A stretch of DNA of 64,000 nucleotides from Vicinamibacterales bacterium (GTDB taxonomy: Bacteria; Acidobacteriota; Vicinamibacteria; Vicinamibacterales; UBA8438): contig CBDBMW010000012.1 of the NCBI GenBank assembly GCA_965207595.1, positions 898,462 to 962,461 on the forward strand, written 5' to 3'. This document shows, one piece after another, positions 19,082-29,000 of the stretch. Numbering within the stretch: the first letter of the stretch is position 1; the number at the start of each line of letters is the position of its first letter. The translations under genes and the position numbers were made by a program. The notes under the pieces were generated by a model. It searched no databases. It was given only the letters and a program-made list of their open reading frames with translations, and was not told the DNA's origin.

Positions 19082-20776
19082 ATGCGCAGCAACTGCCGTC
19101 GACACCGGCTGGCGGCCGTCCTCCTCCTCGCCCCCGTCGCCCTGAGCGTCGGACCCGCGGCGGCCGGCGCCCAGGAGCGGAGCATCGAACCGGTCACCGA
19201 CGCAATGCTGCAGGACCCCGACCCGGCCGACTGGCTGAACTGGCGGCGCACCCTCGACGGCTGGGGCTACAGCCCGCTCGACCAGATCGACCGCGACAAC
19301 GTCCACGAGCGGCAGCTCGTCTGGGGGTGGCCGCTCGCAACCGGCTTCGGACAGCCGACGCCCCTCGTGCGCGCCGGCGTGATGTACGTCCCGAACCCCG
19401 GCAACCGCGTGCAGGCGGTCGACGCCGCGACCGGCGAGCGCCTGTGGGAGTACGAGCCGCCGGCGACCGACGTGACGAATCCCGACGGAACGCGGCGCCC
19501 GGCCCGGGGCAGCCGCTCGATCGCGCTCTACGGCGACAAGGTCTACCTCAACACGACCGAGGCGCACATCGTGGCGCTGGACGCGCGCACGGGCGAGGTG
19601 GCGTGGGACCACACCGTCGCCGACCACGAGCTGGGGTACCGCTACTCCAGCGGCCCGATCGTGGTGGGAGGGAAGATCGTGGCCGGCATGACCGGCTGCG
19701 AGAACTACAAGAACGACACCTGCTTCATCTCCGCCCACGACCCGGACACCGGCGAGGAGGTGTGGCGCACGTCGACCGTCGCGGGCCCAGGCGAACCGGG
19801 CGGCGACACCTGGAGCGATCTGCCGCTCGCCTTCCGCGCCGGCTCCGACTCGTGGATCCCCGGCAGCTACGACCCGGCCACGAACCTGACCTACTGGTCG
19901 ACGGCGCAGGCAAAGCCCTGGGCCCGCATCTCGCGCAACACCGACGGCGATGCGCTGTACACGAACAGCGTCCTGGCCCTCGACGGGGACACGGGCGAGC
20001 TGGCCTGGTACTTCCAGTTCGTGCCCGGCGAGACGCTCGATCTGGACGAGGTGTTCGAGAGCGTGCTCATCGACCACAACGGGCGGCGCTCGCTGTTCAA
20101 GATGGGCAAGCACGGCATCCTGTGGGAGCTCGACCGCGACACCGGCGCGTTCGTCGCCGCACACGACCTCGGCTATCAGAACGCCATCGACGTCGACCCC
20201 CAGACCGGCGCGGTGACCTACAGGCCCGGGATGGTCCCCGTAGCCGGCGTCGAGATCGACTTCTGCCCCGACCTGCTCGGCGTCCGCAACTGGCGGGCGA
20301 GCGCCTACCACCCCGAGACCGGGGCGCTCTACATCCCGATCCACCCGACCTGCGTCACCGGCGTGTTCACGGAGCTGCCGCAGGAGATCGGGAACCGCTA
20401 CTACCGCAACCGGGGGTTCATGCAGCGCGAGAGCCGCGTGCACCCGGCGAGCGGCGAGCACGCGGGCCATCTCATCGCCATGGACATCGACACCGGCGAG
20501 ATCCGCTGGCGGCACTCGATGGCCACGCGCCCGGGCGCCGCGGCTCTGACGACGGCCGGCGGGCTCGTGGTCGGCGCCGACACCGACCGGCACCTGTACG
20601 TGCACGACGCCGAGACCGGCGCGGTCCTGTTCCGGACGCGGCTGCCCGCCTCCGTCCAGGGGTTCCCCATCACCTATGCGGTGGATGGGCGTCAGTTCAT
20701 CGCGGTGCCGGTCGGCGGCAACCGCACCAACGCCATCTACGCCTTCGCGCTGCCGGAGCCGGCGCGCCGGCGGTAG
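19082..20776 (+). CDS. PQQ-dependent dehydrogenase (methanol/ethanol family-like), secreted
   Basis: ATG 19082 follows AAGGAG; track ORF 18266..20776 was trimmed. The N-terminus VTDAMLQDPDPADWLNWRRTLDGWGYSPLDQI and the propeller repeats are typical of quinoproteins. Confidence 0.85.
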   Translation: MRSNCRRHRLAAVLLLAPVALSVGPAAAGAQERSIEPVTDAMLQDPDPADWLNWRRTLDGWGYSPLDQIDRDNVHERQLVWGWPLATGFGQPTPLVRAGVMYVPNPGNRVQAVDAATGERLWEYEPPATDVTNPDGTRRPARGSRSIALYGDKVYLNTTEAHIVALDARTGEVAWDHTVADHELGYRYSSGPIVVGGKIVAGMTGCENYKNDTCFISAHDPDTGEEVWRTSTVAGPGEPGGDTWSDLPLAFRAGSDSWIPGSYDPATNLTYWSTAQAKPWARISRNTDGDALYTNSVLALDGDTGELAWYFQFVPGETLDLDEVFESVLIDHNGRRSLFKMGKHGILWELDRDTGAFVAAHDLGYQNAIDVDPQTGAVTYRPGMVPVAGVEIDFCPDLLGVRNWRASAYHPETGALYIPIHPTCVTGVFTELPQEIGNRYYRNRGFMQRESRVHPASGEHAGHLIAMDIDTGEIRWRHSMATRPGAAALTTAGGLVVGADTDRHLYVHDAETGAVLFRTRLPASVQGFPITYAVDGRQFIAVPVGGNRTNAIYAFALPEPARRR

Positions 20777-20803
20777 GCGAGCGCCGAGCACCACCCGCCG
20801 TCC

Positions 20804-23281
20804 ATGGCGCGCCGACTGCAGCCTTCGCCCCTCCGCCTCCTGCTGGCGTTGGCGCTCGTGCTGGTTGCCGGGTCTCCCGGGCTAGCGCAGGACCCGCCGG
20901 TCGTCACCGGCGTCGTGGTCGACGGCAGCACCGACACGCCGGTGGCCGGGGCCGAGATCACCAGCGGCGGCGAGACGGTCGCCGCGGACCACCAGGGGCG
21001 GTTCGCGGTGACCCTCGCCGCCGAGGACGAACGCCTGCGGGTGGCGGCCGAGGGCTACCTCGACAACGTCGTCCCGCTGGATGCGACGGTGCGCGCCGGG
21101 GAGGCGGAGCTCGAGGTGCTGCTGTTCCGGAACACGTTCGCCGAGACGGTCGAGGTGGTCTCGGCCGAGCGGCTGCCGGAGCGCCCGTCCGCCACTCCGA
21201 TCGAGGCCGAGGAGGTGTTCCAGGTCGCCGGGAGCTTCGACAACATCTTCCGCACCCTCGACGCGCTGCCCGGCGTCGCCTCGACCGGGGACTTCGGCAG
21301 CCGGCTCGCGGTGCGCGGCGGAACGCCGGACCAGAACCTGACGATCATGGACGGGGTCGAGGTCCACAACCCGTACCGCCTCTTCGGCCTCGTCAGCGCG
21401 TTCAATCCCGAGACGGTCGACCGCTTCGAGCTGACCGCCGGGGGCTTCGGGGCCGCCTACGGCGATCGCCTGTCGTCGCTCCTCATCGTCGACAACCGCC
21501 CCGGGGAGAGCGACCTGGGAGGCTCGTCGTCCACCAGCGTGACCGACGCCAACGTCGTCCTGGAGGGAGCGGCCCCCGGCAACGGCTCGTGGCTGGTGAG
21601 CGGGCGGCGCACCTACTACGACCTCGTGGCCGGCATTGTCACCGACCAGAACCTGCCGTCGTTCGCCGACCTGCAGCTCCAGGCGGGGTGGGACTTCGGC
21701 CCCGGCCATCGCCTGTCGGTGCTGGGCCTCACGAGCCGCGAGAACGCCGACTTCCGCTTCGACGACGAGGACGACCCGGCGGGCGACAGCGGAGGCCTCG
21801 TTTCGGAGTCGGGAAACGACCTGGGCTCGGTGCGCTTCGATGCCGTGCTGGGGAGGGCGGCGACCAGCCGGACGATCGTCTCCTGGTATCGCAACACCGA
21901 GGTCCTCGGCGTCGACGCCAGCTTCTCGTCCGGGGCGCGCCGGTCGAACGCCCCCGACGACGAGACGGGGGTCGGCCGCACCAACGTCGCCTTCGACCGC
22001 TCGCTGTCGGTCCGCGACGTGTCGCTCCGGCAGGAGCTGGGCGTCGAGCTGTCGCCCGCCCACACCCTGGACGCCGGGATCGAGCTGCACCGCCTGACGT
22101 CGGGGGTGGCGCTGTCGATCACGGGGGACCGCAACGAGTCGGCGGCGAACCCGTCGAGCGTGCGGGGCGGGGTGGGGCTGCCCGACGCGCTCGACTCCGT
22201 GCTCCGGGGAACGCGCGGCGGGGCGTGGGTCCAGGACCGCTACCAGGTGACGCCGCGGCTGCTCGTGGAGCCGGGGCTCCGGCTGGAATGGAGCACCGTC
22301 AACGGCGACGCCGTGCTGTCGCCGCGCTTCGCGGCCACCCTGGCCCTCGGCTGGGAGAGCCGCCTGCGGGTGGCGGGCGGGCTCTACGCCCAGAGCCCCG
22401 GCTACGAGAAGCTCATCCAGTCCGACTACTTCTTCGACCTTTCGCCCGGTCGGGTCGAGGCGCTGCGGCACGAGCGCGCCACGCACCTCGTGGTCGGCTT
22501 CGAGAGGGACGTCGGCGCCGGCACGCTCGCCCGCGTCGAGGCCTACTACAAGACCTTCGACGACCTGATCGTCGGCCGGCTCGAGACCGAGGCGGAGCGC
22601 CGCACCCGCGTGGGGCAGTACGACTTCCCGGCCGACCTGCGCGGGAGCGTGCCGGCGGCGGCCCGCATCACGAGCACGCCGGTGAACGGCGGGCGCGGCG
22701 AGGCGTACGGCATCGACGCCTACCTGGTGCGCAACGCGCCCGACGCGCGGCTCGGGGGCTGGCTCTCCTACGCCTGGGGGCGCGCCGACCGGCAGACGTA
22801 CGGGCTGCGCTATCCGTTCGAGTACGACCGGCGTCACGCGCTCAACGCCGTTGGCCGCTACCGCCTCGGCGACCGCTGGAGCGTGGCGGCGACGGCGCAG
22901 GTGGCGACCGGCTTTCCCTACACGCCGGCCGTCGGGGTGCGGGTGGCTTCGACGACCGACGAGCGGGGCCGGCTCGTCCCGGCGCGCGATGCGTCGGGCG
23001 CGCTCGTCTACACGATCGACCGCGGCGGGCTCGAGGCCCTGCAGCGGGGTCAACTGCCGTACTACGGGCGGCTCGACCTGCGCATCGCCCACCAGCCCGG
23101 CGGGCGCACGGGCCGCTGGTCGTGGTACATCGAGGTGATCAACGCGCTCAACCGCGACAACCCCGTCGAGCTCGACGCCGAGCTCGAGCACGACCCGACC
23201 GCGAGCGTCCCGCGCGTCATTGAGAACCCCACGGCCGGATTCCCGCTCATCCCGTCGTTCGGCGTCCGCGTGCGGTTCTGA
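20804..23281 (+). CDS. TonB-dependent receptor with CarboxypepD_reg-like N-domain
   Basis: A signal peptide is followed by VTGVVVDGSTDTPVAGAEI..GRF, a plug-like region and a long barrel ending ..SFGVRVRF. Confidence 0.8.
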   Translation: MARRLQPSPLRLLLALALVLVAGSPGLAQDPPVVTGVVVDGSTDTPVAGAEITSGGETVAADHQGRFAVTLAAEDERLRVAAEGYLDNVVPLDATVRAGEAELEVLLFRNTFAETVEVVSAERLPERPSATPIEAEEVFQVAGSFDNIFRTLDALPGVASTGDFGSRLAVRGGTPDQNLTIMDGVEVHNPYRLFGLVSAFNPETVDRFELTAGGFGAAYGDRLSSLLIVDNRPGESDLGGSSSTSVTDANVVLEGAAPGNGSWLVSGRRTYYDLVAGIVTDQNLPSFADLQLQAGWDFGPGHRLSVLGLTSRENADFRFDDEDDPAGDSGGLVSESGNDLGSVRFDAVLGRAATSRTIVSWYRNTEVLGVDASFSSGARRSNAPDDETGVGRTNVAFDRSLSVRDVSLRQELGVELSPAHTLDAGIELHRLTSGVALSITGDRNESAANPSSVRGGVGLPDALDSVLRGTRGGAWVQDRYQVTPRLLVEPGLRLEWSTVNGDAVLSPRFAATLALGWESRLRVAGGLYAQSPGYEKLIQSDYFFDLSPGRVEALRHERATHLVVGFERDVGAGTLARVEAYYKTFDDLIVGRLETEAERRTRVGQYDFPADLRGSVPAAARITSTPVNGGRGEAYGIDAYLVRNAPDARLGGWLSYAWGRADRQTYGLRYPFEYDRRHALNAVGRYRLGDRWSVAATAQVATGFPYTPAVGVRVASTTDERGRLVPARDASGALVYTIDRGGLEALQRGQLPYYGRLDLRIAHQPGGRTGRWSWYIEVINALNRDNPVELDAELEHDPTASVPRVIENPTAGFPLIPSFGVRVRF

Positions 23282-23314
23282 CGCACACCACAGCCGTAGC
23301 CAGGGTCCCATGGC

Positions 23315-23441
23315 CGAGACGCACAGGTAAGAAACGGAGCCATGGCGCGGAGTGAGGCACCGGCACCGGCGACGGATACCCAGTCTCGCAGCCGAGACGC
23401 ACAGCAGGGCGCATACCGAGTCCCGCGATCGAGACGCACAG
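23315..23441. repeat. three copies of the 12-mer CGAGACGCACAG in the selA leader
   Basis: Exact copies lie at 23315-23326, 23393-23404 and 23430-23441. The last ends 4 nt before the selA ATG. Confidence 0.9.
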
Positions 23442-23445
23442 CACC

Positions 23446-24828
23446 ATGGCCGACCCGCGTGTGATTCCGTCCATCGACCGGCTCCGCCAGCGGACGCGGA
23501 TTGCCGAGTTGGAGGCTCGCTACGGGCGCGACGCCACGCTGGGAGCGCTCCGGGAAGCAGCGGCCGCCCTTCGGACGTCGCTCGCCGCGTCCCGAGCCGA
23601 GATCGGCGACGTGGAGGAGGCGGCGCAGCGCATCGAGGCGGGCGCCGCCGCCAGGTTGGGGGCGGCGTTGGCGCCGTCGCTCACGGCCGTCATCAACGCC
23701 ACGGGGGTGATCGTCCACACCAACCTCGGCCGCGCGCCGCTCGCCTCCGCCGCCATCGCGCGGGTCGGCGAGGTGGCGCGCGGCTACAGCAACCTGGAGT
23801 ACGACCTGGCGGCCGGCCGCCGGGGCTCGCGCGCGGTGCACGCTTCCGCTCTCCTCGCGCGCCTCACCGGGGCGGAGGGGGCCGTCGTCGTCAACAACAA
23901 CGCCGCCGCCGTGCTCCTCGCGCTGGCGGCGCTCGCGGCGGGTCGCGAGGTGATCATCTCGCGCGGCGAGCTGGTCGAGATCGGGGGCGGATTCCGCATC
24001 CCGGACGTGCTGCGGCAGTCGGGGGCGACGCTGCGGGAGGTCGGCACCACCAACCGGACCCGGATCGCCGACTACGCCGCCGCCATCGGCGAGCGGACCG
24101 CAGTCATCCTGCGCGTCCATCCCTCCAACTTCCGGATCGAAGGCTTCACCGAGCGGCCGGAGCTCCGGGAAGTCGCGGCCCTCGGCGCCCGGTTCGACGT
24201 GCCGGTCGTCGAGGACCTCGGGAGCGGCCTGCTGGCGGCGACCCCGGGCACGGCGGGCGAGCCGACGGTGCGGGCGAGCATCGAGGCCGGCGTGGACGCG
24301 TGCACCTTCAGCGGCGACAAGCTGATCGGCGGACCGCAGGCCGGCATCGTCGCCGGACGCCGGGCGGTCATCGACCGGCTTCGATCGCACCCGCTGATGC
24401 GCGCCCTGCGTGTCGACAAGCTGACCTGCGCGGCCCTGGAGGCAACGCTTCTCGAGCACGCCGCCGGCCGCGCGGCGGACACCGTGCCGGTGGCGCGCAT
24501 GATCGCGACGCCGGTCGCCGACCTCGAAGCCCGTGCCGACGCCCTCCGCGCGCGACTCGCCGCGCTTCCGGGACTGGCGGTGTCGGTGCAGACCACCGAA
24601 GCCGCCATCGGCGGCGGCAGCACCCCCGGCGTCACGTTGCCCAGCCGGGCGGTGGCGGTCGAACTCGACGGCAAGGCGGCGGCGGACCTGGCCGCGGCGC
24701 TGCGCGACGGCCGACCGGCGGTCGTGGGACGCGTCGCGGACGGACGCCTGGTGCTCGACCTCCGGACCATCGACCCGGCCCTGGACGACGCGCTGGCCGA
24801 CGCGGTCGCACGGGCGGCCGCCTCCTGA
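23446..24828 (+). CDS. selA: L-seryl-tRNA(Sec) selenium transferase
   Basis: The N-terminus IPSIDRLRQ.. is present, along with INATGVIVHTNLGRAPL and the PLP-lysine region FSGDKLIGGPQAGIV. Confidence 0.9.
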   Translation: MADPRVIPSIDRLRQRTRIAELEARYGRDATLGALREAAAALRTSLAASRAEIGDVEEAAQRIEAGAAARLGAALAPSLTAVINATGVIVHTNLGRAPLASAAIARVGEVARGYSNLEYDLAAGRRGSRAVHASALLARLTGAEGAVVVNNNAAAVLLALAALAAGREVIISRGELVEIGGGFRIPDVLRQSGATLREVGTTNRTRIADYAAAIGERTAVILRVHPSNFRIEGFTERPELREVAALGARFDVPVVEDLGSGLLAATPGTAGEPTVRASIEAGVDACTFSGDKLIGGPQAGIVAGRRAVIDRLRSHPLMRALRVDKLTCAALEATLLEHAAGRAADTVPVARMIATPVADLEARADALRARLAALPGLAVSVQTTEAAIGGGSTPGVTLPSRAVAVELDGKAAADLAAALRDGRPAVVGRVADGRLVLDLRTIDPALDDALADAVARAAAS

Positions 24829-25426
24829 CCCGCGCCCCGACCTCGCGGCGGATCTCGTCGCGAACCGCGGCCGTCAGCCAACCGGCAGACTCCTCGTGTT
24901 CTGTCGCATTCGCAGCGACGTCCGTGACGAGGACGGACAATGCGGCCGCGCTTGTGACACGCTTCCGTCCAGTGTGCGTTTGAATCGGGGAGCCGCGCTG
25001 GGGGCAGCGCCGCCCCCCGATCACCGTCAGAATCCGAACGTCGCGCCGACGTGGCCGCCGCCCCGCAGCGGCCCCGCGCTCAACCGCGCCGGGCTGTCCG
25101 GCCAGACGAGGTTCAGGATCGCCCCCACGGCGATCAGGCCGACCCCGCCGTACCGCATCCCCTTCCGGTCGCTGAACGTCTCCTGCACGTACGACCCCGG
25201 GATGAACGGACCGTCGTAGACGACCAGCCCCTGCGCGTTGATGATCCCACCCTTTGCGCCGGTTGCCCCGGCGGCATTCAGCGGGCGGCCCGGTGTCTGG
25301 CCGCGTACGTCGCGACGTGGCGCGGGCAGTCCATCGCAGATTGACCACGGGGAAGCCTGCCAACGGCAACTGACAGAACGCGTCAGTCGCGACCGCGCGG
25401 CCGTCAGAAAGGGCGCCTCGTGGCGT

Positions 25427-26146
25427 TCACATGCCTACGAGCTCGGGGACGACTCGGAACACCACCGCGTTCAGGCCCAGGTTGTAGACGCTGTGCGCGA
25501 CGACCGCCACCCAGAGCGATCCGCTCCGCCTGACCATCCACGCCAGCACGAGGGCGACGACGAAGTTCGTCGGGAGAAAGAGACCGACGACCGCGGGTTG
25601 GAAGGGCAGCAGACCGTAGTGCGCCAGGTGGACGATGGCGAACGCCGCCGCCTGCACCAGATTCCCCGCGCGGTCGCCCCAGCGCGCGGCTCCGACCCGC
25701 AGGAGGAAGCCCCGGTACAGGAACTCCTCACCCAGCGGACTGAAGATCATCGCCGGAACGGTGAGGGACCAGAAGAGAGCCGACGGAGTGAGCCCCGGAG
25801 GGACGCCCCCGGCGATGCGCCCCAACTCGGCGGCATGGTGCGCGAACCAGTTGTCGGAGCCGCTGCCGAAGAGCGCCCACGCCGTCGCCGCGCCGATGCC
25901 CAGCACCGCGAGGCTCGCCGCCGGTCCGCTCAGCATCCACCACCAGGAGACCGGCGCCCGAAGCCCGATGTCCGCCCTGCCCTCCCGCGCGCACAGCAGC
26001 CACGGAAGCGGCCAGACCACGACCATCGAGAGCGCGATGAACTGGAAGTTCCACAGCCCGCCGAAGCGGATTGCCGCATGCACGCCGAAGACGGCGGCGA
26101 CGAGGACAACGGGCGATACCAAGCGCTCGACGGCGGGGCGAAACAT
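25427..26146 (-). CDS. CPBP family intramembrane metalloprotease
   Basis: Track ORF was trimmed to ATG 26146. It is a multi-TM protein with EEFLYRG and ..FAIVHL.. plus a late H..YN motif. Confidence 0.8.
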   Translation of the reverse strand: MFRPAVERLVSPVVLVAAVFGVHAAIRFGGLWNFQFIALSMVVVWPLPWLLCAREGRADIGLRAPVSWWWMLSGPAASLAVLGIGAATAWALFGSGSDNWFAHHAAELGRIAGGVPPGLTPSALFWSLTVPAMIFSPLGEEFLYRGFLLRVGAARWGDRAGNLVQAAAFAIVHLAHYGLLPFQPAVVGLFLPTNFVVALVLAWMVRRSGSLWVAVVAHSVYNLGLNAVVFRVVPELVGM

Positions 26147-26210
26147 CCGATCGGTCACACCGTCAGCCGGCCATCCATGGAGCGTCGCCCCGTACACCGC
26201 GTCCGGGCAC

Positions 26211-26627
26211 TCACTTGCCGTGCGCCCCCGCGGTCGCCGTCCAGTGGTCGCGCATGCGGCGAGCCTCTTCGGCTCCGGGCCAAGGCGGCATCGTGACGAT
26301 GACGCAGCGGAGGTCGTCGTCGCCCGTGTTGCGGAACTGGAAGTGCGTCCCGCACTCGATGGCGAGCGCGACGCCCGGCTCGAGGTCGACCACCGATTCG
26401 GCACCCTCCCGCATGCGCCACATCCGCCCCTCGCCGGCAAGGCAATACCAGACCTCGTCGACGGTGGCGTGGGCGACGGCCATCGAGACGGCACCCTTCG
26501 GCAGCGTGCAATGCACCATGCTGCCGGCCGCGACGGCGACGAGCTCGTGGATCTGCGAGCCGTCCGGGGCGAGGACGGCGTTGGCGTCAGCAAGGCGCAC
26601 CGTCCGCATCGCGGGTGCACTGCTCAT
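26211..26627 (-). CDS. cupin domain protein
   Basis: The 138-aa product has a cupin-like core (..H.H....EVWYCLAGEGRMW...G..H.F.N.G). An ATGA overlap links it to the upstream gene's stop. Confidence 0.7.
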   Translation of the reverse strand: MSSAPAMRTVRLADANAVLAPDGSQIHELVAVAAGSMVHCTLPKGAVSMAVAHATVDEVWYCLAGEGRMWRMREGAESVVDLEPGVALAIECGTHFQFRNTGDDDLRCVIVTMPPWPGAEEARRMRDHWTATAGAHGK

Positions 26628-27541
26628 GGGTCAATCCGCCGGTCGGGGAAGAGCCGGGTCAATCCGATGTTCGCGCGGTCGACCCGAACCGCCACGTTCG
26701 ACCCGGGCGGATCGGGGCGTTCGTAGACCACTCGATAGCGGCTCGACAGGTCCCGATACCGGATGCCCATGTCGGTAGCGAGCTCCGTCATGGCGTCCGC
26801 CATCGCGGTCGCCACGACGACGGAGGCGTACCGTCCGCCGGTGTCCCGCGCCAGGTTGGGCGCCAACGTGCTCACCATCCCGCCGAAGTCGCCCCTCGCG
26901 CGAACGTACCAGTGTACGACGTGCACGATCACGCCCGCCCTCCGCAGCCGGTTCACGAAGCGCAGGTAGCGCCGCACGTTCAGGAAGCGGCTCCTCTCGG
27001 TGGTGCTCTTGACCAGCGCCACGAACACCGGCCACGCTTCCTCACCGGTGTAGTGCCGCTCCCACGTCTCCCGGATCCCATCCGCAAGGACCACCCCGGC
27101 GGCCTGATTGAAGAAGAGGGACCGCGCCGCCGCCACCAGCGGGGCACGGTCCGTGGTGAAGTCGACCATTCGCCGCGCGTGCCCCCCGATGGTGAACAGG
27201 CCGACGGAATGCTCGGGGGGCAGGGCTTCCAGGAACGCCGCGACCGCGTTGCGGAGCGCGATGACGGCCTGCCCCCCTCGGACCGACTCGCCATTGTCGA
27301 TCAGGAGCGCGACGCGCATCGGCTCGGTGCCGGCCGTGGCGGACACGACCCGCGCGCGACGTCCGTCCTCGCTGACGACGAAGTCGTCCGCCGCGAGATC
27401 GGTCACCGGCCGGCCAACGGGGTCCAGAACGCGCACGAACGCCACGTGCCGATCCTGTGCGGACACGGCGGGCACAGCGAGGCCAGCCGTGACGCCTGCC
27501 CAGAGTACGGCGGCAATCCGAAAGGCGGTGCGACGGTGCAT
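26624..27541 (-). CDS. secreted VWA-like protein (TIGR03436-like)
   Basis: Track ORF was trimmed to ATG 27541. A signal peptide is followed by VAFVRVLDPVGRPVTDLAADDFVVSEDGR..MRVALLIDNGES, the pattern of acidobacterial VWA proteins. Confidence 0.6.
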   Translation of the reverse strand: MHRRTAFRIAAVLWAGVTAGLAVPAVSAQDRHVAFVRVLDPVGRPVTDLAADDFVVSEDGRRARVVSATAGTEPMRVALLIDNGESVRGGQAVIALRNAVAAFLEALPPEHSVGLFTIGGHARRMVDFTTDRAPLVAAARSLFFNQAAGVVLADGIRETWERHYTGEEAWPVFVALVKSTTERSRFLNVRRYLRFVNRLRRAGVIVHVVHWYVRARGDFGGMVSTLAPNLARDTGGRYASVVVATAMADAMTELATDMGIRYRDLSSRYRVVYERPDPPGSNVAVRVDRANIGLTRLFPDRRIDP

Positions 27542-27828
27542 GCTCCCACTTCCTTGCCGGGCACGGTGGCGCCGTCCGGTTCGCCAGCCGCCGCAGCAGG
27601 GCAAATCCGTTGCGGTCGGCGCTACTCATAGCCCGACCCACCGCGACCAGTTTACCGTCCGCCACGAGACTCCGCTCCCCGAGCAGGTCGCCGACGCCCC
27701 CGAGTGGTCGCAACGCCCCGGAGTATGATGGATAAGGTCGAGCGATGTCGCAGGAGGGAAGCGATGGGCCGCGACCGACTGGGCCGTGCCGGCCGTCCGA
27801 GCGGGATGCCCATCGACAGGAGGACAGC

Positions 27829-28788
27829 ATGCTCGCTTCGCGGAACTCCGCTCTGATACTGTTCGCGGCCGTCGGGCTCGGGTCGACCCTGGCCGCACCG
27901 GCCACGGCGCAGACATCCGACGAGGTCCCGCGCACGGCGTGGGGCGCCCCGGATCTGGGTGGCGTCTGGGACTACCGAAGCGTGACGCCGCTCGAGCGTC
28001 CCGAGCAGTTCGCCGACAAGCCCGTGCTGACGGAGGAGGAAGCGGCCGCCGTCGAGCGGGAGCGGGCCGAGTGGGTGGAGAGGATCGACGCGGCCGAGAA
28101 CCCCTCCATCCCCGGTAACGACATCCACACCCGGGTCTTTCTGGACTTCGGCACAGAGACCGTGGCGGACCGCCGATCGTCCCTCATCATCGACCCTCCC
28201 AACGGCCGGAGGCCCCCGATGACGCCGGAAGGCGAGAGCCGGCCTCGGAACGCCGGCTCGTTCGGGAATCACCCCCTGGAGTCGATCGAGGACTTCAGCC
28301 TCTCCGACCGCTGCATGGCCGCGCTCGGCGTACCGCTCAATCCTCTCCCGTACAACAGCTACGTGCAGCTCTTCCAGACCGAGGACCACCTGGTGATGCT
28401 GGTCGAGATGATGCACACGACGCGGTTCATCCCCATCGTCGATCGTCCGCACGGGACGATCCGGCAGCGGAGAGGCGAGTCGCGGGGCCACTGGGAGGGC
28501 GACACGCTCGTAGTCGAGACAACGAACTTCGAGCACTCGGTAGCGGGCGCCAGCCGCAACGCCGTACTGATCGAGCGCTTCCGGCGCACCAGCCCGGAGA
28601 TCCTCGAGTACGAGTACACCATCGACGACCCGGCGACCTGGACGGCGTCCTGGACCGCTCTGCAAACGCTGAGAAAGCACCCGCAGCCGATCTTCGAGTA
28701 TGCGTGTCACGAGGGGAACTACGGGTTGACGAACATGCTCCAGTTCGCGCGACACGCGGAAGAAACAGGCACACAGCCCGGTCGCTGA
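27829..28788 (+). CDS. secreted hypothetical protein, family A (paralog of 48805..49902)
   Basis: ATG 27829 follows CAGGAGGA. It has a signal peptide. It shares ..PDL.G.W....TPLERP......F.TEEE.. and ..DPATWT..W......YEY.CHEGN with the paralog. Confidence 0.65.
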   Translation: MLASRNSALILFAAVGLGSTLAAPATAQTSDEVPRTAWGAPDLGGVWDYRSVTPLERPEQFADKPVLTEEEAAAVERERAEWVERIDAAENPSIPGNDIHTRVFLDFGTETVADRRSSLIIDPPNGRRPPMTPEGESRPRNAGSFGNHPLESIEDFSLSDRCMAALGVPLNPLPYNSYVQLFQTEDHLVMLVEMMHTTRFIPIVDRPHGTIRQRRGESRGHWEGDTLVVETTNFEHSVAGASRNAVLIERFRRTSPEILEYEYTIDDPATWTASWTALQTLRKHPQPIFEYACHEGNYGLTNMLQFARHAEETGTQPGR

Positions 28789-28903
28789 CCGCGCGAAGCG
28801 GGTTGCGGGACCCGCGACCCTCCCCAACGGGATAGTGTCCACGAATCCGAGCGACTTGCGCTCGGAGCCATGCACCGTTCCCGCGTCGTTCTGCTCGGAC
28901 AGG

Positions 28904-28972
28904 TGATCGGTTTGCGTCGGAATCGCTGATCGGTTTCGCATCGGAACGGGTGGTCGATTTCGCCGGAATGCG
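28904..28972. repeat. three imperfect 23-bp tandem direct repeats upstream of a TonB-dependent receptor gene
   Basis: The units are TGATCGGTTTGCGTCGGAATCGC, TGATCGGTTTCGCATCGGAACGG and GTGGTCGATTTCGCCGGAATGCG, placed head to tail. Confidence 0.8.
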
Positions 28973-29000
28973 CACTTCTGTACTCACAGACGCCGGCTTC

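Noticed and set aside
24829-25026. Search for tRNA-Sec (selC) or a terminator downstream of selA
   Set aside because: No cloverleaf with a TCA anticodon or long extra arm could be folded on either strand. The only structure present is a weak 6-bp hairpin (GTCCGT-N7-ACGGAC, 24920-24938) with no U-tract.
25027-25188. Short minus-strand ORF ending ..MRYGGVGLIAVGAILNLVWPDSPARLSAGPLRGGGHVGATFGF, possibly a small membrane or outer-membrane protein
   Set aside because: It is only 43-53 aa depending on the start (ATG 25158 or GTG 25188). It has no convincing RBS, and the upstream in-frame sequence does not look protein-like. It could be a gene remnant, but I cannot support a call.
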